A stretch of DNA of 63,746 bases, the filler included, from Octopus bimaculoides (lineage: Eukaryota): the NCBI RefSeq assembly GCF_001194135.2. It is 5 parts of 4 records of this genome, joined end to end, with 100 filler letters (N's around TTAATTAATTAA, not from the genome) between each part and the next. Parts side by side here need not be neighbours in the genome. Positions count along the whole stretch, not along the records: positions 19,444 to 36,407 come from NC_068996.1; positions 36,508 to 56,558 come from NC_068984.1; 3 more parts are not named here. One strand, given 5' to 3'. The notes beneath the pieces are model-generated. The model did no database searches. It saw nothing but the letters and a program-made list of their open reading frames with translations, and had not been told where the DNA came from. Of the stretch, positions 28,200 to 39,462 are shown in pieces; positions within the stretch are counted from its first letter, which is position 1; every line of letters starts with the position of its first letter. Position numbers and translations under genes: made by a program.

Positions 28200-28565
28200 T
28201 TTAATGTACACAGTATGTAGTTATGAGCCACTTATAAGTTCCAAACATTAGAAACGTGATCTAGGCAGGTTTTAATACATGCCTAGTGTATCCAAGCAAT
28301 CCCCTGGCTCTGAGCACATGGCTTACAGTTACAAATCAGGATGATAGAACTCTAATTCTTTTTTCTGCTTTTTTCGCCCTTCCATATTTTGTATCCGTCT
28401 TTCTCTTGCTTTTTTCTCATGATTTCTTTCATTCTATCCTCTTGATTTGTATAGACCATGTGCTCAGAGCCTATGGATTGCTTGGAGATGCTAGGCATCT
28501 ATTACAACTTGCCTAGACCACATCTCTAATGTATGAAACTAATGTACAATACTGTGTACATCAAA
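28200..28565. repeat. Long imperfect inverted repeat just 3' of the transgelin-like stop codon
   Basis: Arms about 28200-28349 and 28432-28565 (for example ccaagcaatcccctggctctgagcacatgg versus ccatgtgctcagagcctatggattgcttgg). Confidence 0.85.
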
Positions 28566-28671
28566 CGATATTTTTCTCTCACAGGATAGAGTACATTTTT
28601 TGTTGATCTTATTTTAAGGAAAAGTAAACTACACACACACACACACACAAGTTGAAAGGCAGAATTTTGCT

Positions 28672-28905
28672 TTAACCCTTTAGCATTTGGATTTTTCTAT
28701 CAAATGCAATGCTTATTCATTCACATTGTTTTGAATTTATAGTGCATTTATCTTGTAACTTCAAGATTTCAATGATGTGATTGTTTAGTTTTAGAATGAC
28801 ATTGTAGGGTAGGGTAGGGGTGAGAGGACAGAACCAGTCAGCTTGAGCATAAAACAGCCAGGTCATTTGGCCTTGATAAGGCCAGTTTAAATGCTAAAGG
28901 GTTAA
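28672..28905. mobile_element. piggyBac-type MITE
   Basis: TTAA-CCCTTTAGCATTT ... AAATGCTAAAGGG-TTAA: perfect 13-bp TIRs, CCC/GGG termini and TTAA target duplication. Confidence 0.85.
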
Positions 28906-29362
28906 GCATGCTATATAACTCCTCATGACTTTTTTTAGATTTTAGAATTTTCAGAGAATTTTTGTAAATTTGTATTCTACACACAGGAATTCACATGACT
29001 ATGAAAAATAAAAACTTTTTAAAATTTGGTTAAATTTTTCTTTTTTTAAAATTTTTTTTTAGAAAATCAGTTTGATATACTGACAGTCCAAATTTTTGGC
29101 TTAAATTCCAACATTAGACTATTAAATGTGTTTGTGGAGAGAAAGATTTTTGACCATAACATCAATACTGACAAACAAATAAGGATGGTGTGAGATGATT
29201 GCGAGATGTGCTGAAAATAACAGCTAAATACCCCCTTTTTTTTTTTGTAAGGGTTTTTTCATAGTGGTATGAATTCCCATGTGTAGAACACAAAATTTGC
29301 AAAAATTTTCTGAAAATTCTGAAAAATTAAAAAAGTTGTGAGGGGTTATATTGAGTGCTTAA
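28902..29362. mobile_element. MITE with about 105-bp imperfect TIRs
   Basis: Left ttaagcatgctatataactcctcatgactttttt...actatgaaaaa is the reverse complement, with substitutions, of the right end ...aaaaaagttgtgaggggttatattgagtgcttaa. Confidence 0.75.
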
Positions 29363-31169
29363 AGCATAATTCCATTAGTTGAAAATCACACTAGCAAAGT
29401 AATATTGCATCCATATAGAGATATTAAGATGAAACTTTTTCCCATTTGAATAATAACATAATAACATTCATATTTACTTCATAAACCCCACCTTTTTTTG
29501 CTTATTTTCATACATGAGAAATGAGAGAAAATTGAAGGTTGAAAAAGGGACCACACAGCTATGAAATTTGTATTCCTTCAACATTTCTCACTTTTAATTC
29601 AATTAACTATTTTCGTTTTGTTTTATAACATTTAAGATTGTTTTTTTTTCATTCTGTAATTGTAATGCAGTTTCTGTTTCACAGAAAAAAACTAATATTT
29701 TTTTCTTTTTTTAACAATTACATATGAATTTCATTTTGTAAGATATTATTCCAGACCAAAGCTTGAAAATCTTAAGATAAATAATTTTCTTTCTTGCTGG
29801 ATGCTTACAGACAACCCATGCTATCTTCCTTTCTTGTCTCCCCTCCGCCCCAGCAATTATATCACCTACTCTTTTCTATCCCCCCCCCCCTCTCTCTCTT
29901 CTAACTTGTAACTCTTTGCTCATTTACCCTTCAACTCTATCCATTCAAGCAGTCTATCCCCATCTCTTCATTCTCCTCCCCCGTACAATCTTGCAAACTA
30001 ATTCTTCAATTCACTTTGTGCCTTGTGGGGCCCCCTCGGCACTTCATTGCCATTCTCTATCTCTTGTAGTTCCTACTGTTCATTTTGTTTTCTTCTGCTT
30101 TCCCTACTTGGAAACTGATTTTTCAATTCACTTTGTGCCTTGTGGGACCACTTAGGTACCTCATTGCCATTATCTGTCTCTTGCAGCCCCTACTGTTCAT
30201 GTTCTCTTTCTCTCTCCTTCCCCTGCTAAGTGTGAGTAGCCTTAAAGATCCCTTACAAGACCTGCCCTGCCAAATCCCCTTCTCATAGTTCAGTCCCTTC
30301 ATTCCATAGCATGAAGCTGACTCCCTCCCAGGGCTTGAAGTTCTGCAAGCTTTATGGTGACTTCATTAGTGCAGGTGCCTCACGAAAAGCACCCCGTCCA
30401 CTTTGCTAAGTGGTTGGCATTAGGAAAGGCATCCAGCCTTAGAAACCCTAACCTAAAGCAGACAGCAGAGCTTAGTCCATTCTTCTGACTTGCCAACTCC
30501 TGTCAAACTATCCAATCCCATGCCAGCATGAAAGGAAGATGTAAAGTGGTAGGAAGGGCATCCAGCTGTAGAAATCATACCAAAGCAGACATTGGAACAT
30601 GATGCAGTCCTTGGACACATTGGAACCTGTCAAGCCATCAAACCTACAAAATTAAGAATAAAAAAAAAAAAAAAAAAAAAAAAAAGAATTACTGATATCA
30701 TGTCAACTATTTGGACACAATTTAATTAGTTTTTCTTTTTGAATCATTCATATTAATTATGAATTTATGCTTTTGTTTATATTGACGCATCTATGTTAAA
30801 AAGAAAAAAATTGAAATAATGCAAAAATAAATTTATTTTATTCAAAATATTGATATTCTAAGTACAGTTTTGTCTTGTTTTTTAACAAAATTCTTTAAAC
30901 CTCTTTTACAAACACACACGAGAAGCGACCACTGCTACTTTATTTTATTGTCAACTGAAGGACAAAAAACAGTTGACTTAAAATGATTTCAATTCAAAAT
31001 TTAACAGCATAAAGGGAAGTAATACTCCCTATTCTACAGAGTTATTGTCCTTCAACTGTTAAATTAATGTCTTCACCTTTGTTGTTGGGTGTTTTCTTCC
31101 TGTCAGAAAATGATTTGACAGAATTGTTGTTGCTTATGTGTGTTAATTTAACTATCGTCCTTTAAATCT

Positions 31170-32560
31170 TAAAGTCTTGCAGATTTTTATAATCCCAACT
31201 ATCATGACTGAATTAATGATTTGCATTCACTCCCAAAGATTTCATGTTCAGCCATACTTTTCTCCAGACTGGTTGGTATGTATCCTGTTGCTCTAATAAT
31301 AATGGACATCAAGCTGAAGGTGTATCTTGGGTCCTGGATTTGCAAACTCCTTATCAATGGTCCAAAGATGTCCTTTTTCTCCTGTATTTTTCTAACCACA
31401 TGTCCAAGGGGCAGCTGATTTTCACAATAGAACATATAATTTCTTTGTGCTCCCACACAACGATATCTGGCTGGTTGTTTTAATTTTTAAGTTTCTTCAA
31501 TATTCTTTTGACCCATCAGTATCAATATAATCAACTTCATCTTTAGGTATTCCTTTTTGTAAGTCTGTTCCAAGCAGTTCTGACCACCATTGTCTCATGG
31601 GAAGATATTCTCTCACAGTTGGCAATAATGTGGTTGATGTCTTCAGTTTTGGTCATGCAAACCCTACATTTGTCTGTCAACGCTTTCTGCCTTTTATGTT
31701 GTTGGTACTTGGTGGGGACCTGTTGTTATTGGTGCATGGATGTAGCCTTTGAAGTATCCATGTACTGTTTTCTCTGTGAACTGGTTCATTTTTGTCTTCT
31801 GATAAGTAGATTTTACCAATACTCCTTGGCAAGAGATCTGTATCAGTTCTTCTTATTCCATATCTCTCCTCTTATTAATTAGCTGTCCTAATTATGTTTT
31901 TCATTTCATGTTCACAAACTTGGCTAAGATAGTTACTGGTCTCCTCCTTCTGCTGCAGATGTTGTTTCAGTGTCACAATCCATGTTTCATATCACATCAA
32001 TACCAATGTGAGTCCACCATGGCCACCATCCCTGCATGGGAAGCACAGCTTGTCTACATCTCCTTTGATGTTGAAGTGTCCTGTAACACTGAGCAGCTTG
32101 TGTGTTTGGACATCTGTCTCATTGAGTTCTTGTAGTGACCAGTTCATTTGGTCAAACGTGTGAGGACAGGTACTACAAAGGTGTTGTGAGCAATATGCTT
32201 GTTGTAAGCTGAGGCTTTGATGACCATATTCTCTTTACTCTCCAGAGATATTCATTTCTGACATTCTTGTCTTATCTGATATGCCTATAATTGTCACCTG
32301 ACTGCAGAGGTTGTATTGTCAAGCCATTCATTCTTAGGTTTGCAGAGGACGGCACAACTTTTCCATGTTTCACTGTCAGGAAAGCACATTTAGACTCATT
32401 AAGTTTCATCCCATTGCCTGTAGAAAACTGGGTTATAAAGTCCAATTGTGGTTGATATTTGATCAATACAGCTTGAGGTCGTCGATAAAAAGCTGATATT
32501 TCTAGATCCATTTCTCTGGTTACTATGTTTTGTGAATAGATATAATAGTGGATTTAATGA
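31170..32560 (-). mobile_element. R4/Dong-type non-LTR retrotransposon relic (RT, CCHC knuckle, restriction-like endonuclease)
   Basis: Across frameshifts: QLFIDDLKLY (RT catalytic motif, about 32466-32495), GMKLNESKCA, KCRVCMTKTEDINHIIANC (CCHC, about 31617-31674), PDIVVW..C.IVKISCPLD (PD-(D/E)xK region) and IIIRATGYIP. Confidence 0.82.
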
Positions 32561-32824
32561 GAGAACAGAATAATACCAACAGGCAATGTATGTGTAGATG
32601 CAGGCATGACTGTGTGGTAAGAAATTCGCTTCCCAACCACGTGGTTCCAGGTTCACAACCACTGCATGGCACATTAGGCAAGTGTTTTCTATTATAGTTC
32701 AGGACTGACCAAAGCCTTGTGAGTTGATTTGGAAAGAAGGAAACTAAAATGTGTGTATATATCTATATACAATTTATATAGATATTTGATGTGGATATAT
32801 ATGGATGTGTAATGTCAGTGTGCA

Positions 32825-33115
32825 CACACGACAGTGTAGACACCCTAAGAGAAATATTGGACCTAAGAAGCATCAGATGTGGTGCGCAAGAGAGATGACT
32901 GCACTGGTATGGTCATGTGCTGTGTATGGATGAGGACAGCTGTGTGAAGAAGCGTCACACCCTAAAAGTGGAAGAAACCTGTGGAACAGGTAGACCCAGG
33001 AAGACCTGAGATGAGGTGGTGAAGCACGACCTTCAAACATTGGGCCTCACAGAGGCAATGACAAAAGATCAAGACCTCTGGAGATATACTGTGACTGAGA
33101 AGACCTATTAAATAA
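32825..33115 (+). mobile_element. RTE-clade LINE 3' coding fragment
   Basis: Decayed homolog of 25723-26090 (LHWYGHVLCMDEDSCVKK...GRPRKT*DEVVK.DL..LGL), followed by the common tail repeat. Confidence 0.8.
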
Positions 33116-35123
33116 AGTGAGATCACAGCCGTAGCCTATACCAGTGTCGCAAAATCAGCCAATTTAAAAAGTATGGTGACACACCCTGCTTGAGGAGACC
33201 TATTGAGTCAAGTAAAATCAAAATCAAATCACAATCAAATGGAAATAGTTGTGTCCGATGCCAATGCCACCTGACTGGCAGCACACAATAAACACTGAGC
33301 ATCCAAACGTGGTTGATGCCAGCACCCCATCCCCACCCGAACTGGTTTCTCTGCTGGTAGTACGTAAAAAGCACCATCTGAATATGGCCAATGCCAGTAC
33401 TGCCTGACTGGCCCTCGTGCCGGTGGCATGTAAAAGCACCCACTATACTCTCAGAGTGGTTGGCATTAGAAAGGGCATCCAACTGTAGAAACTTTGCCAG
33501 ATCAGATTGGAGCCTGGTGTAGCCATCTGGTTCACCAGTCCTCAGTCAAACCGTCCAACCCATGGAACATTAAATGATGATGATATGTGTGTGTGTGTAT
33601 GTATCATATATTTAGATCCATATGTATGTGTGTGTATATATATTATATATCTAGATCTTTCTAAGGTGGTTAGCAGGCAGAAAGATAGAGGGAGCTGTAC
33701 AACATGTAATACCTACCTAATTGGATGGGCATTTGACTGTTATTTCTAACAGCTGTAGCTATAATGTACAAGTCATTTCTGTTTTTTGGGGATATTTATT
33801 AATCTTTATGAATTCCAAAAATAAGCTTTAGATTAAGAGATGTATGCTTCTTTCCCTTGGATTTGAATAAAGCAGAGTTGTATGTTTTACTGTATCTGAC
33901 TGTCTCTAGATTTTTTTTTCTGGCTCTGTTTCCCTTTGCTGCTATGAGAGTAGAACATATTTGGAAACACTTGAAATGCTAGAAATAACAGCACAACTAC
34001 TTCAAAAATATAGTGCAATCACTAACAAATAAAGGAAGAATACACAAACAAACAAACGACATCTAAGATTAAGGTTCAATTCCAGCACATGACCCCTGGG
34101 CATTGCCATTAAATTTAAGTACAGGCCTACCAAACACAGTATTTGATCATAAAGTGCAATATTACAGTATTTAAAGTGAAAACCAGACTGTAGTAAGGAA
34201 GCAGATTTTATAGTGAAACTGGCAGCCAGAAAATATCTATAGGGTTTCAAATTGCAAGATTCTTCAGCTTGTCTGTCCTACTGCTGCTTGATCTTCTTCA
34301 CTAGTAGCAGAATTTCACCATGGAAAGATAATGAGAAGGCTAGTATAAAATATAATTAATATTGAAAATAAGTTACACAAGCTAGCAGTGAGAAATTATT
34401 GGTATTATGTTTTGAAATATTGGCAATATTTGTTGAGGAATATTTTCAAAAAGAACTGGGCAACTTTCTATAAAATGAATCAACTAACATGTTTACTCAA
34501 CTATTCCTTTTATTATTTACCATAGACAGGGCTGGTATGTTTTAGAGCTGCAGGCAGGTGTTGTATAACTGACATCTATTTTATACATGTGCATGATTGA
34601 CATGAAGCATTTCGCAGGTGAGGAGAAATGCCATGAAGGAGAGGAAAAGAGATCTACTACATATGTGTTTGTTGTCTATGAATTTAAGACAATGTATATC
34701 TGCTGGTGTATTCTTTTATGATGTTCTTCAATTAATAAAGATATGTGTACAATTATATAAGCACACACGCAAGTTTTTATGCACATATACATACACACAC
34801 AAATACAATCTCCATACACATGAATACATTTGCATAGATATTACATTCTATATATATAATAATAGAGACCATTTGGCATTATTGCTGTACTTCGAGCATT
34901 AGGCCTCATGCATGCAATGATTGCGTCCATTTGGCATCATGCCATGTTTGAGAAGTAACTTGTGGAAGATGCCAGTGTCATAAAAATGGCACCAGTGCCG
35001 GTGGCATGTAAAAGCACCCCATTACACTCAAACTGGAGTCTGGTGCATACTTCCACCTTACCAGCCCTGATCAAATTGTCAAACTCATACCAGGATGGAC
35101 AATGGACGTTAAATGATGATGAT

Positions 35124-35340
35124 AGAGAATATGGAAAACTGGTACATCCTCAATTTATTATTTCCTTTTGTTTTACAATATCATCCAATTTGTTTTTAAG
35201 GTCACGACGACCTACATAGAAAGACTAATCTAGTATATTTTTTATATAGGTCGTCGTGACCTTAAAAACAAATTGGATGATATTGTAAAACAAAACGAAA
35301 TAATAAATTGAGGATGTACCACCAGTTTTCCATATTTTCT
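35124..35340. repeat. Near-perfect inverted repeat (about 95-bp arms, 24-bp spacer)
   Basis: 35124-35218 versus 35243-35340: a few substitutions and one 3-bp indel. Confidence 0.92.
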
Positions 35341-35639
35341 ATTGTTATTATTATTGCTAATATACACTCCAGATAATATTATCGGAATTTACAGCGTGAA
35401 TGGATATTAAATTCAGCAGAGGTAAAGATCATTGACCGCACCCCACTTGTTTTTTTGTTTTTTTTAACAGGAACACCCTATATCGAGGGCGGAGATTCTG
35501 AATCTGGAAAGAAATAAAATCTGCATTTCAAAATTTAAATTCACTTCCCCAATTTCTTAAATTTTCACTTAAAAAAAAAAAAATTTGGTTAACGTTTACA
35601 ACTTCACCCAGAAACGAAAATTAGAAATAAAGTAGTGCA

Positions 35640-36090
35640 ACGGGTGTTAAAAAATGTGTAGGAAACGAAAAGGAAAAAGAAAATGCGCGCAAAGCAACAG
35701 GAGGGTGGGGGAGAGAACCTCGGAAAATTCACAAGATCCTAGATTTTCCATTATAACTTTTAGGAAAATAGCGGGGGGGGGGTCCAATGAAATTTTATAT
35801 AAATACCTTTCAAACAGCATACATTACGAGCATAAAGTAATTTGTGGGGAAAATCTTTTCCAAGGGGGTGGAGTGAGTACCTCGGAAAATTCCCAAGGTC
35901 AGAGTTTTTCCCTTGTAATTTTTAGGAGAATGGGGGTTTTTTCAATGAAATTTTATATATATCCTAGGATCTATATATCCAGTAATTTTAGCAAAAGATA
36001 TTTTGTTTTAATACACTTTGACTTGTTTCACACAAAACAAACGTTTTTTTTGTCCAGACATTGTTACCACTAATTTTTATAACTTCAGAA
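35640..36090. repeat. Interspersed element with an internal duplication of about 160 bp
   Basis: cctcggaaaattc at 35718 and 35880; caatgaaattttatata at 35785 and 35943. Confidence 0.6.
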
Positions 36091-36164
36091 AAGTGCGCTT
36101 GTACAAATATAACTTGTCTGTATATATATGCGTGTGTGTAGTGTGTATATATACAATATATGTA

Positions 36165-36221
<57 letters not shown>

Positions 36222-36524
36222 CAGGCAGGCAGGCAGGCAGACAGATAGATAAACAGATAGAGAGAAAGAGAAAGTAATAACGAGTGAATGAGAATAACGA
36301 TGGAAGGGTTAAAAAAGCGTAAAAATAATTGAAGATAAAATGAAACAAAATTGAAGCCAAAATATGAAGAATTATTGAAAGTGGAAAGAAATAAACACTA
36401 CGTAGTGNNNNNNNNNNNNNNNNNNNNNNNNNNNNNNNNNNNNNNNNNNNNTTAATTAATTAANNNNNNNNNNNNNNNNNNNNNNNNNNNNNNNNNNNNN
36501 NNNNNNNATATATATATATATATA

Positions 36525-37330
36525 TAATGAATTTTAGCCCTTCTATCACAAATTCTTTTTTGATGTGATGTGGGAGTTCGTTGGCGTAATTCTCTAGCCA
36601 GAATTGAATTGTTTCTATTCTTAGATTGTGGGGGATATTGGATTAGAGGTTGACTACATCGAAGGATACCAGTAGGGTGCTTTTGTTTATTGTTTCAGGA
36701 AGGTGATTGAGCATATGCAGGTCATCCCTTGTATAGCTTTTGACATGCTTGAGGAATGGTTTTAAGAGGGTATCTAAGAAGTTACTGAGGTGATGGGTTT
36801 TGCATGTGGGACCTGCTATTATGGGTCTCAATTTGAGGACATTAGGAGTAGGGACTTTTATTATTATGTCTCTGGCTATCCTGCATGCGTTACTTATTTT
36901 CTCACTTTTGGGTATCTTAAGAATACCATAGAATTGACTGGTTTTACTTTTGAGATTGGTCATATAGTCATATTCTTTGTCGGTGAGCCCTTCTCTGTAT
37001 GGGTTTAACATGGATTTTAGATCTCTCGTTATTTTCTACTGACTGTAGTGTTGGGCCTTTTCATAATATGTTGTGTCTTCCAATATGGATAGCACTAGAG
37101 TTATATAGAATACTGTGTCCATTAAGACAACTGCACTCCCTTTATCAGCCTTTTTGGTTGTTATTGTTTTGTCATCTTTTAATTTGTTCAGCTCAACCAG
37201 ATCAAAATTCTCCAAAACAGAAAAATAGCATTCAGCCAACACATCGACATTTGCTCCAATAACAAAAATCCAAGCTTCAGAATGTTTCCCCTCTACCAAT
37301 TCAGAGACGATACAACCTGTAGCCAACGAA
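36525..37330 (-). mobile_element. Penelope-like element (PLE) reverse transcriptase relic
   Basis: Motifs TKKADKGSAVVLMD, FYGILKIPK, LRPIIAGPTC, LSNFLDTLLKPFLKHVKSY and LVSFDVVNL*SNIP are typical of the PLE RT N-terminal half. Contains stops and frameshifts; cut off by a gap. Confidence 0.88.
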
Positions 37331-37570
37331 TTAGTAAAGAGACTCTCTTTATTACAAAATACAGACCCCTTTCGAACACATCTACAACAAAAGACATATC
37401 CACCATGGCCTGATGTGATATCTATTATATAACTAACAAGATTATGAAACAGTTGTAAGTGAATGGAATAAACATTTATTCTTTCACCTCAATTCTCTTA
37501 TCTGCTCACCTTGTATATATATGTTATATATGTGTGTGCCTCTCTGTGGAACTATATCTACCTATCTATC

Positions 37571-37843
37571 TATAAACATAGTTAAGGGATCAGCAACAGT
37601 TGCTTCACCACATACCGAAGTTCAGAAATAGCAGCTAAAGTGCCAAAACTCCAACAGATAGATGCATTTCTGAAACGCGTCTATGATTAACTAAGACTGG
37701 TTAGTTTCGTTGTTTTCTCTTCTTGTTTTGCCTTTGAGAGTTACAAGTACTACTATCTATTGGAGTTTTGGCACTTTAGCTGCTATTTCTGAACTTTGGT
37801 ATGTGGTGAAGCAACTGTTGCTGATCCCTAAACTATGTTTATA
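37571..37843. repeat. Inverted repeat (91-bp arms, 3 mismatches) upstream of the PLE ORF; probable inverted pseudo-LTR
   Basis: 37571-37661 versus 37753-37843, aligned by eye. Confidence 0.9.
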
Positions 37844-39077
37844 AATTTATAAGAACTTTTAAATAAGTTCTTCACCGATAATGGTGTTTACATACCGAAG
37901 TGTTTGGTAAAAATTATTAATTATTAATTTATTAATAAATTAGTATTCCTTTACCCTTTTACTTATATCTATCTATCTATCTAGCTAGCTATTTATCTCA
38001 CATGCACACATACTTGCACATTTGCGCATACTCAAATGTATTTTTATAGATATCTATTGTCATTGTTGCTTCAATGGCTACTCTTCTGAACTTGTATAGA
38101 TAAATTCGGGGTAGAGAATTTATGACCAGATTCCCTTCCTTTTGCAAATTTCTATTTATTTTCAAGCAAGGCTATATTCTCCCTAGCTATCAAGCAACAA
38201 ACAGTCCAGAACTGTCGGCAAGGGCATTGCTTACAGCCAGCAAACATGGTTGAAGTTGATGGAAATATGAACTCATTTCTACAAACAAACACGTATGTTT
38301 GAGGGGTTTACTTCATTCTCTATCTATAAAATACACTCCCAAAGATTTGGTCGGCCTGGAGTTGCAAACAATATCACACTCATATATTTATATATGTGTG
38401 TGCGTGCTTGTGTGTGTGTGTATAAAATATATACATACAATATAAGATATGTACTTATATAATTTGAAAAGGTAAGACTGTCTTACCTTTTCACCTGTGC
38501 AAGAAATATACATCATCTTCATATTTTTTGACATTCTTTTATTTGTGCATTTTGAAAATATCATTGAATTTTCAACACACCAACACAGGCACCAGACCTC
38601 TTCTCATGAATCATATTTATGTGAATTACAATAGAATTAATGCTCACACACACACACACACAAGCACTTATCCACGTGCGTGCGTACACACACACACAGA
38701 CACACACAGCAGTTTGGGATTAATGAGCACAAAAGTATTACATGTAATCATTTAAATAAAATTCTGTATGATTGATTACACTCTAAATTCACACTGAAAG
38801 ATGCTAAATTATACATAATTCTGTGACATGTGTGAAGAGGTTGTCATATCCACAGAGTAATGCAATGATTATAGAATTAAAGAACGGCATGTTAGGTTTA
38901 CTCATTAAAAACTCTCATTGCAATTGTTTCTGTAGCATAACTACTTCATCAGAGAAAAGTAAGATCATTAATTCATGCTACATTTTTGGATGAAATGATT
39001 ATAGCTTAGTAACAATTGTCAGAATATTTATCATTGAATAAATCTTCCTTGTTTTCCTGTAATTACTTAACCATTGT

Positions 39078-39462
39078 GGAGATGCAATGGCCCAGTGGTT
39101 AGGGCAGCGGACTCGCGGTCATAGGATCACGGTTTTGATTCCCAGACCGGGCGTTGTGAGTGTTTATTGAGCGAAAACACCTAAAGCTCTATGAGGCTCC
39201 GGCAGGGGATGGTGGCGAACCCTGCTGTACTTTTCCACCACAACTTTCTCTCACTCTTACTTCCTGTTTCTGTTGTGCCTGTAATTCAAAGAGTCAGCCT
39301 TGTCACACTGTGTCACGCTGAATATCCCCGAGAACTACGTTAAGGGTACATGTGCCTGTGGAGTGCTCACCCACTTGCACGTTAATTTCACGAGCAGGCT
39401 GTTCCGTTGATCGGATCAACTGGAAACCTCGACGTCGTAAGCGACGGAGTGCCAACAACAAC
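39078..39462 (+). mobile_element. Full-length tRNA-derived SINE (about 385 bp)
   Basis: A-box (tggcccagtgg) and B-box-like (ggttttgattccc) head, (CAA)n tail. The 3' half is nearly identical to 60993-61195. Confidence 0.85.
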
